Shown piece after piece: positions 26,995 to 33,667 of a stretch of 36,831 bases of DNA; positions within the stretch are counted from its first letter, which is position 1; each line of letters opens with the position of its first letter. This stretch comes from Candidatus Bathyarchaeota archaeon B63 (lineage in GTDB: Archaea > Thermoproteota > Bathyarchaeia > Bathyarchaeales > DTEX01): the NCBI GenBank assembly GCA_001593845.1, contig LUCF01000004.1:1-36831 (forward strand), in the 5' to 3' direction. The notes under the pieces were generated by a model. It searched no databases. It saw only the letters and a program-made list of their open reading frames with translations, and was not told the origin of the DNA. Both the position numbers and the translations under genes were made by a program.

Positions 26995-27162
26995 GTTCCG
27001 AGCGGATATCCTCCCATCCATCAATATTACTGAACGCTCGTAGCTACGCAGCGATGCTCCGCAGAAACTCCGCATCTAGACGGGAGGATAAGAGAGGCGA
27101 GATGGACATATTAGGATCCAAATATACCATTAATATTCCCTTTAAATACTTCCTTTATAAAG

Positions 27163-27170
27163 AAAAAAAA
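27163..27170 (-). terminator. oligo-T (T8) terminator of the nurA-herA operon
   Basis: The plus strand has AAAAAAAA at 27163-27170, which is TTTTTTTT on the minus strand, 47 nt downstream of the herA stop (27217-27219). Confidence 0.55.
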
Positions 27171-27216
27171 TTTCCCGGCGGCAAACCGCACATGAAAAAA
27201 GGCTCATGATTACGCT

Positions 27217-28753
27217 CTATGCCTGAGCGCTAAGGGCCCGCTGAGCTCGATGATGGATTCCCGAAGCCGGGTGTAGAGCCCCTTCTTCAGCATCACCAGC
27301 TCGCCTCTCTGTGAAGAAGAACCTTGTCTGACCCATAGTCTTCACGTCGAGCGGCCTTATCTTCACTACGATCGGGAAGTCCTTCACCATCCTCCCAAGG
27401 AGTAGGCAGTGGTGGGGGGGCAGGTCGCGGACTATGGATGTGATTGTCTCAGCATCCGCCCTTGCGGCCCTCGCGATTATCTGGAGGTCATGCTCATTCA
27501 CGAAGTTCAGCAGGAATATGTTATCCGCCTGACGGTAGATGTTCTCGTGGATCGTGTTCGGCTGGTTCGTGATGAATGTTGTGAAGAGCCCGAAGTGCCT
27601 CATCCTCGTGACTATGTCGTCCCAGTATGTCTCCTTCAGGTATAGGTGAGCCTCCTCAGCGAAGAGGAAGACGGCCCTTATCTTCCACTGCGAGAGGGCG
27701 TCCTGAAGCTTCGCCAGGACGTACTCCCATCCTCCGGTCAGATGGGGAAGTACCACTTAGATCTATGACTATGGCGCCGCCTCCTCCCCTCTCAGCCTTG
27801 CGGAGGAGACCCTCGAAGTCAGTCGCCTCAGCCATGTTATCCGTGAAGAAACCGGAGTTGAGGAGGGCTGAGTAACGCGAGTAGAGCGCATCCTTCACAT
27901 GCTGGTTGCACTTCCAGTTCTGGATAGCCTCCCCCAGACCATGAAGGGTGAGCCTCCCCCTCTTCTCAAGGAACCTCCATATCTGCCGGAATTCCCGGGC
28001 TGAGGTTCCGGGAAGCCCAAGAGCGTATGTGAGGGTCCTCATGATCACGTAGAGCTCAGTCTGATACAATGTGACCTTGAAGCTCCTCCCCGGGGTTAGT
28101 ATGCGGATCTTGCCGTGATACCTATTCTTTGAGCCGTCCTTGCCGTATCCGAGATTCGTATACTCGCCGTTTATGTCTAGGATGACGACGACCGCCCCAT
28201 AATCGATGAGGCTCAAGACCAGCAGCTTAGAGAGGTGAGACTTACCAGTCCCTTTCTTCCCCGTTATTATGTTCAGCTTTCCGTCCAGCTGAAGGGCATC
28301 AACTGCGAGGGGGAAGGAGTCCTGCGTCTCCCCGAGCCTTATTGGAAGGCCCCCATCCATATCCGCCATCTCAACGAGAGACTCGGTCGGGAGCTTACAT
28401 ATCGTGGAATTCATCCTGGATGGGAGCCAAGAATTCTCCTGCCTCAGCTCACCGTTCATTATCGTACCATGGATCTTGCAGATCAGCAGACGGGCATCCT
28501 GAATGTACAGTATATGAGATGTTATGCCGAGTGGGTCTTCATCCTCGCCGCTTAATGAGTCCCCAGCATCAGAGGATCGGAGTAGCTCCTCCATCACCCC
28601 GGGGACATTAGCGAACTCTATGTCTATCACCTGAGCTATCATTGCCTTGTCTGCCTTCCGATCCCTTATGAGCAGGTACTCGCCCTTCTCAACTTCCTCG
28701 CCTGGGAAGCTCAGAATATGCAGTGTATTACCGGCTTTCCTGAAGAGCCTCAT
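27217..28753 (-). pseudogene. herA: HerA-like FtsK/HerA-superfamily ATPase (HAS-barrel + DUF87 ATPase), split by one frameshift into the track ORFs 27656-28753 and 27217-27756
   Basis: The upstream ORF has an N-terminal HAS-barrel-like segment, Walker A ITGKKGTGKSH, VVILDINGEY (the HerA D-x-x-GEY motif) and AIVIDLSG. The downstream ORF, in the +1 frame, continues with VFLFAEEAHLYL (Walker B) and FITNQPNTIHENIYRQADNIFLLNF. The frames meet at a C4 run (plus-strand GGGG 27744-27747). Removing one C gives a continuous 511-aa protein. Confidence 0.85.
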
Positions 28754-28756
28754 CGC

Positions 28757-29845
28757 TTAGTCTCCCAGCCTAACCCCGTAGGGCCCAAAGAGGGTCCGAT
28801 GCATGTTAACTCTCGAGACGAGCCTAAGCCCGTACCTCTTGATCATGAACCGCTGTATGCCGATGACCTCCGTCGCCGTGAATGTGGAGTATATATGCGC
28901 CAGACGCAGGGTCTCCGGGTACCCCTGATAGAGCAGCTCGTTACCAAGCAGCCTCTCCACGGCCGTTATGCTCTCCTCCCTAGATATGGATCTATCAATA
29001 TCCAAGCGGAACGCGCAGCCCCCACTCGCCAACCTCGCAACGTAGATCCTCCCGAGGGGCCGAGTGGAAGCCGACGAAGAGAGCGGGAGAGAATCGATCT
29101 CGAATAAGCATGGCGGCCGATAACCATCAACGAGGTCTGTTATCCTCCAATCCAGAAACCTCAAGGTTGTATCCTTAGAGAAGCCCATGATTATATTTGA
29201 GTTCCGCCTAGCCGCCTTAAGTATCTCTGAGACCCCCGCGGCTGGGCTTCCTGGGACCCCTGCGGTTAGGGAGCCATCCCAGAGGATTATGCATTCCCTC
29301 ATGAGGTGGGAGACGCATAACTGAAGCCATCTCTCTATGAGGCTGCAGAGCCTGGTTTGCTGCTCCGTCTGCGGGAGAGCGGAGAGGCTCAGGTCGAGGG
29401 CCTCATTCATCTCCCTCGAAGCCCCATTTAGGCTTCTTCTTGTTACGTGAAACGTGAATGGGCCGAGACGGAGATATCGATACCCCTCATTCGTCCTCGT
29501 CACTATGGCTCCCCTCACGGCGTAGACCGCCCCCAAATCGGTTGTCCCCACCCTGATGGTTGAGACATCTATCCCTGTTATTGTGGTCCCGTCCCTGATC
29601 GGCCTCAGGGGAATCAGCAGAGTCGAGGCCATCCTGCCCCGTAGAGATTCCAGGTCTTTATCGTGCTCACCATTCAAGAAGGGCTCTGGGAGCTCCGTGT
29701 TGTCCAGCTGGAAGGGCCTTCCCTTGACCATATGCATGGAGTTTAGGCTTAATTCCATGATCTTATGGGAGAGGCTCGTCCACTTTGGGGTGAGTGGAAA
29801 ATTATATTTTGATGTTGTTTCATAGTGTAACTGCCCAATCAACAA
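28757..29845 (-). CDS. nurA: NurA-like 5'-3' nuclease
   Basis: 362 aa. ITGIDVSTIR (the GIDGS-type Asp), LIERWLQ (Glu), CIILWDGSLTAG (DGSL motif), IIMGFSKDTT, and GYPETLRLAHIYSTFT (the GYPY-x-L-x-x-A-H/D type). Its stop is 3 nt before the herA ATG. The start is TTG at 29845, or a later ATG at 29755. Confidence 0.75.
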   Translation of the reverse strand: MLIGQLHYETTSKYNFPLTPKWTSLSHKIMELSLNSMHMVKGRPFQLDNTELPEPFLNGEHDKDLESLRGRMASTLLIPLRPIRDGTTITGIDVSTIRVGTTDLGAVYAVRGAIVTRTNEGYRYLRLGPFTFHVTRRSLNGASREMNEALDLSLSALPQTEQQTRLCSLIERWLQLCVSHLMRECIILWDGSLTAGVPGSPAAGVSEILKAARRNSNIIMGFSKDTTLRFLDWRITDLVDGYRPPCLFEIDSLPLSSSASTRPLGRIYVARLASGGCAFRLDIDRSISREESITAVERLLGNELLYQGYPETLRLAHIYSTFTATEVIGIQRFMIKRYGLRLVSRVNMHRTLFGPYGVRLGD

Positions 29846-29986
29846 TATTCACCAATTTGCAAATCTGTGGTGATGTTGTATATAAATGTTGTGCATGCGC
29901 AAATTGCACAATAAAAATCAACAATATACTGAGGCGCCAAACGGGTAAAAGAACCCCGGCAAAGGCATAAAGAACGTGAGGGTAAG
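29846..29986. promoter_or_regulatory. divergent promoter/operator region between nurA-herA and the wHTH/DUF523 operon
   Basis: Central TATATAAA (29879-29886, usable in either orientation). Perfect palindrome ATTTGCAAAT (29855-29864). Inverted repeat TTGTGCA-N9-TGCACAA (29889-29911), whose spacer contains ATGCGCA. An 11-bp direct repeat ATCAACAATAT occurs at 29838-29848 and 29917-29927. Confidence 0.6.
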
Positions 29987-30403
29987 ATGGCGAGGCCTGA
30001 AGGCGGAAAGGACGAAGGAAACGTCCGAATAAAAATGAAGGTCGGAAACGTAGAGTTCGAGATAGAGTGCCGGGAGGACCGGATACAGCAGGTGATCGAG
30101 AAGGTCCTCTCAACAGTGACGGAGCACATGAAGAGGACGGCCACCCCAATCGGCGAGGCTGAATACCCAACAGGCAAGGCTGAGACATGCCGGGGGATAG
30201 TTGAAAGGCTCTGGAAGGAGGGGTTCTTCGCTGAGCCCCGTTCACTCAGTGAGGTGCATGAGGAGATGACGCGGATAGGCTACCATTATGATAGGACGGC
30301 CGTGGCTCACGTCCTGCTCGACCTCGTCAGGGACGGGGTCTTAACGCGGGAGGGGAAACCGCGGAGATACGTGTACGTCCAGAAACGCCCACCAACCGCT
30401 TGA
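29987..30403 (+). CDS. small DNA-binding protein: N-terminal beta-hairpin/helix module + C-terminal winged helix; divergent paralogue of 31019-31504 and 31505-32020
   Basis: 138 aa. VRIKMKVGNVEFEIECREDRIQQVIEKVL aligns without gaps with the N-termini of the other two proteins. The C-terminal part, LSEVHEEMTRIGYHYDRTAVAHVLLDLVRDGVLTREGKPRRYVY, is wHTH-like. GAGGG precedes the ATG. Confidence 0.65.
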   Translation: MARPEGGKDEGNVRIKMKVGNVEFEIECREDRIQQVIEKVLSTVTEHMKRTATPIGEAEYPTGKAETCRGIVERLWKEGFFAEPRSLSEVHEEMTRIGYHYDRTAVAHVLLDLVRDGVLTREGKPRRYVYVQKRPPTA

Positions 30404-30996
30404 TGGATAAGACGGGAATGGAGGCTGACCTGTTGAGGAACGGGGAAGCCCCGGAGGATCTTTGGATAATCGTTCTTTCCCACTGCATCCTCAACCGGGC
30501 GACGAGGTGGTGGCAGAGGGGAAAGCCCCTAGATGACAGCCGGGGGATGGCCTCCCAGATCCTCGAATTACTCTCAGGTCTACAAATCGGCGTAATCCAG
30601 ATGCCGTGCCCGGAGTTCACCTTCTGCGGTAACCCACGGCCACCCAGAACGATGGATGAGTACCTGAGTCTTCCTGGCTTCCGAGATCACTGCGCGAGGC
30701 TGGCGGATGAGACGGCTGAGTATCTTAAGAGCCTCATCGAGAACGCCCGGGAGCCACGGATCAGAATCCTAGCGATCCTAGGGGTTGAGCGGTCCCCCAC
30801 ATGCTGTGTTGAATATGCACCTGTCGGGGACGGGGCGGAGAAGCGATACGAGAGAAGAAGGGGAATCTTCATTGATCTGCTGGTTAAAAGCCTAAGGGAC
30901 AGGGGAATAGAGGTGCCGGTCATCGGGGTCGACCTTAACAGGCCTGAGGAATCAGCCTCGATGATCCTCGATCTTATAAGCAGGCATAAGCCATAA
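30403..30996 (+). CDS. DUF523 / TudS-like [4Fe-4S] protein (thiouracil desulfidase family)
   Basis: Three Cys-motif contexts match my recollection of DUF523: VLSHCILN (cf SACLLG), MPCPEFTFCGNPRPPRT (cf PVCPE..GGLPTPRPP) and VERSPTCC (cf ERSPSCG). ATG 30403 overlaps the upstream TGA (TGATG), which suggests translational coupling. The track ORF starts 3 nt earlier, at TTG 30400. Confidence 0.6.
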   Translation: MDKTGMEADLLRNGEAPEDLWIIVLSHCILNRATRWWQRGKPLDDSRGMASQILELLSGLQIGVIQMPCPEFTFCGNPRPPRTMDEYLSLPGFRDHCARLADETAEYLKSLIENAREPRIRILAILGVERSPTCCVEYAPVGDGAEKRYERRRGIFIDLLVKSLRDRGIEVPVIGVDLNRPEESASMILDLISRHKP

Positions 30997-31018
30997 TGCC
31001 TGATGGAATGATTCAGGC

Positions 31019-31504
31019 TTACTTCCAGTATTCCCCGATGAGCGATTCTGTCCTCCTTATTCCGAGGGTCGTTAACCTATACTCCCCATCAGTCGTCCTC
31101 TCGATCAGCCCATCTGAGATGAGCCTCGGAACCTCGTTAGAGACCGTTTTACGTGCCTTACCGATGATCCTCGCAAGGTCCCTCGTGGAGAGGGAGTCCC
31201 GGGGGAGCTTCCCCAATGCCTTTCCGAGATAAGCCCCCAGAAGGGCCAAGCATATCGCGTCTCTTGCGGGGACATCCAGATCGGGCGGCAAGATCGGGCC
31301 ATCTTGGGTTATCTCGACGAGCCCCTCAACCCCCCGGGCGAGGCTGATCACATCCGGCGTGTATATTATCCTTTGGAGAACCTCAAGTCCGGGACAGATC
31401 TGCGTGAGGAACTTCATGGTTAACTCGATGACCTCATCCACGTCTCCCTCGAAGTCAGCCTTGGCCTCGCCGAATTCTATGCGGACCTTCAGCTTCTCAC
31501 CCAA
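31019..31504 (-). CDS. winged-helix protein with N-terminal beta-hairpin/helix module; paralogue of 31505-32020
   Basis: 161 aa. LKVRIEFGEAKADFEGDVDEVIELTMKFL, VEGLVEITQDGPIL, and the C-terminal wHTH LSTRDLARIIGKARKTVSNEVPRLISDGLIERTTDGEYRLTTLGI. Its TTG start directly abuts the TAA stop of the upstream paralogue. Confidence 0.7.
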   Translation of the reverse strand: MGEKLKVRIEFGEAKADFEGDVDEVIELTMKFLTQICPGLEVLQRIIYTPDVISLARGVEGLVEITQDGPILPPDLDVPARDAICLALLGAYLGKALGKLPRDSLSTRDLARIIGKARKTVSNEVPRLISDGLIERTTDGEYRLTTLGIRRTESLIGEYWK

Positions 31505-32020
31505 TTATGCCCCTTCCCCAGCCTCGATTTTTGGCAGAACCTCATCGAGGAAGTTCTTTATCCCGAGGGTCGTTATCCTGTATTCTCCCCGCCCCACCCT
31601 CTCAACCCAGCCTGAGCTGACAAGCTCGCTTAGGCGAGCGGCAACCGTGCTGGACTTCACCCCGATGAGCGATTTTATCTCGCTGCTCGCGAGTGTATCC
31701 TTATCTAACCTCCCCGTTCTGTGTCCTATGTACGCCTTGATGAGGTGGAGCATGATGGCGCCTTTATCCCCGCCCAGCCTCTCCTTAGAGACCGTGACAA
31801 CCGGGCCTTCAGGGGTGAAAGCTATTATCCCCTCCACGTTCTCTATGAGGCCCTCGAGGTCCACCGTTAGGGTGATCTTGGATGCGAGGTCAAAGGCGGG
31901 GAGGATACGTTGTACGAACTTGAGGAGCACCCTAACCACTTCCTCCGGCTTACCGCGGAACCTCAATTCGAGATCCCTATACTTTGCATATACTTCTAGG
32001 AGATCTCCTTCACCTTCCAA
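31505..32020 (-). CDS. winged-helix protein with N-terminal beta-hairpin/helix module; paralogue of 31019-31504
   Basis: 171 aa. LEVYAKYRDLELRFRGKPEEVVRVLLKFV, VEGIIAFTPEGPVV, and LASSEIKSLIGVKSSTVAARLSELVSSGWVERVGRGEYRITTLGI. The TTG start is preceded by AAGGAGG with a 7-nt spacing. Confidence 0.7.
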   Translation of the reverse strand: MEGEGDLLEVYAKYRDLELRFRGKPEEVVRVLLKFVQRILPAFDLASKITLTVDLEGLIENVEGIIAFTPEGPVVTVSKERLGGDKGAIMLHLIKAYIGHRTGRLDKDTLASSEIKSLIGVKSSTVAARLSELVSSGWVERVGRGEYRITTLGIKNFLDEVLPKIEAGEGA

Positions 32021-32348
32021 GCAGCAGCCTCCTTAACCATCCCTTCACGTGAGCTCTTCTCCGCCGCATGGGCTATGCTACCCGTGATGGACAAGTCATC
32101 CGTGCAGGCACGGCGATCATACATGAGTATATCTATGTATATTAAAAGATTTGCCGCTTAGGAAGTAAAGCCTCTTATTTGGAGATCAATTATGAGCAGG
32201 CCTTCGTGAGTCAGCCTAAAGACCGTGTGACACCGTCGAAGATCAAAAGGAGAAGGCATAGCGAGACTCCGCCTGAATACTGAGCATCCCCCTATTTTTC
32301 CATGCGTTCCCTCCCACGTTTATAGGAGATGTACATAAGTACTTCTTG

Positions 32349-32377
32349 AATGCGCAGAAATGCGCATACTTTATAAA
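32349..32377. promoter_or_regulatory. orphan TATA box abutted by twin AATGCGCA boxes
   Basis: AATGCGCA occurs at 32349-32356 and 32359-32366 (10-bp phasing), immediately followed by TTTATAAA at 32370-32377. There is no supported CDS within about 250 nt on either side. The same ATGCGCA heptamer lies in the nurA/wHTH operator (29895-29901). Confidence 0.45.
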
Positions 32378-32628
32378 GGAAAAATTTCCTGGCAGGAGGA
32401 CCATTTGAGACGGAATAGAGACAAAAAACTTTCCAGGGACATACAAGGTACGCTTAATAATAAAGAATCAGGATCAAGATCACCGAAGAAAAAAATCAGC
32501 ATCAAAGCGCGTAGAGCGGAGGGTCCGCCTAATCGGCTGCTGACATTCTGCTTAAGGGAATTGTTCGGTCCCATAGAAAAGGCGCAATTTCTCTTCAGGC
32601 TGGGACCCGGTTGATCGTGTACGGTTCT

Positions 32629-33633
32629 TCACTTGTAGAACCATTCTATCGGTATTATCTTCAATCTCAGGGACTTATGGTCACAATAATACGTTATAAG
32701 CGCCTCGTCTCCTACGAACGTCACGCTTGGGTATGCATATGTCTGGCTCTCATCAGCCTCTATGTCCTTAAAGTTCTCCCATGTCTCTCCCTCATCATGT
32801 GAAACCGCCGCTGTTAAGGGAACCCTCCTCGGACCCCTCGTATGATTCCATATAAGAAGCAAGTCGCCGGTCTTGGGTATACGTTTGATCGTCTGGGGCG
32901 AGCGGGGCGAGATGACATTCATCGATTCCGGTTTAGACCAAGTCTCACCGCCATTCGATGAGTAGGCCCTGTATACATGGCCTAAGCTGGTTCTCATCCA
33001 CATCATAACCCTGCCGTCCTCAAGCTCAATGACCCCGGGCTCCTCAGCTGTGGACCCCGGCAGGAGTGATACCTCACCTCTGCTTCTGTACCATGTTCGG
33101 CCGTTATCATCCGAGTAGAAGCATACTGAGACAAGTTTGGAGCTCACATGGATGTTCGGGGTGAAGGCTGCTGGGAGAAGTATCCTCCCACTTGAGAGCT
33201 GTATCGCCCTATCATTGTTAAGGGTGAAGTAGCCTGGGTGAAACTTAGCCACAGGAACAATCTCGCTCCAGGATTCCCCTTCATCATAGGATTTCCTCAT
33301 GTAGGGATGGCAATCGGACCCCGAATTTTTTATGCAGAAAAAGAACGCGATCTCACCAGTCTGGAGCCTAAGAAAGTCTGCCTCCATGACGTTCATGACG
33401 CCTATGTTCTCCTGGATCGTGAAGGGTTCACCCCAGCTCCGCCCCCTATCCCAGGAGATCTTCCCAGAGATCCTAGCCGGGGAGAAGTCGCTTCCGCCGT
33501 AACAATAGAACTCTGTCCACCCAAGCAGTAAACGGCCATCCTTTAACTCTATTATGTCAGCCTCAGTGTTTCTTGGGTTCCTCTCGGAGGATGGGCAGAC
33601 CGTCAGGCTGAAGATCTCCGCATCAACCATCAT
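32629..33633 (-). CDS. BNR/Asp-box repeat beta-propeller, sialidase (GH33)-like, no signal peptide
   Basis: 334 aa with five Asp-boxes (SWDRGRSW, SYDEGESW, SDDNGRTW, SSNGGETW, SHDEGETW). The N-terminus is not hydrophobic. Confidence 0.8.
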   Translation of the reverse strand: MMVDAEIFSLTVCPSSERNPRNTEADIIELKDGRLLLGWTEFYCYGGSDFSPARISGKISWDRGRSWGEPFTIQENIGVMNVMEADFLRLQTGEIAFFFCIKNSGSDCHPYMRKSYDEGESWSEIVPVAKFHPGYFTLNNDRAIQLSSGRILLPAAFTPNIHVSSKLVSVCFYSDDNGRTWYRSRGEVSLLPGSTAEEPGVIELEDGRVMMWMRTSLGHVYRAYSSNGGETWSKPESMNVISPRSPQTIKRIPKTGDLLLIWNHTRGPRRVPLTAAVSHDEGETWENFKDIEADESQTYAYPSVTFVGDEALITYYCDHKSLRLKIIPIEWFYK

Positions 33634-33667
33634 GACTCACCATCCTGAAGGGAGGCCAAAGGAATAT

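Noticed and set aside
27217-27330. A possible second frameshift at the herA 3' end. The annotated tail AGDAEEGALHPASGIHHRAQRALSAQA looks unnatural, whereas the +1 frame reads QRGELVMLKKGLYTRLRESIIELSGPLALRHRA.
   Set aside because: The conserved HerA core already ends near KTMGQTRFFF, and tails in this family are short and variable. I have no homologous sequence to anchor the alternative frame, so it rests on composition alone.
32243-32574. Minus-strand 67-aa ORFs (32243-32446 and 32371-32574) in the A/T-rich gap.
   Set aside because: Both span the TATA/AATGCGCA element, have no ribosome-binding site or recognisable motif, and have Phe/Leu/Ser-rich composition consistent with random A/T-rich sequence.
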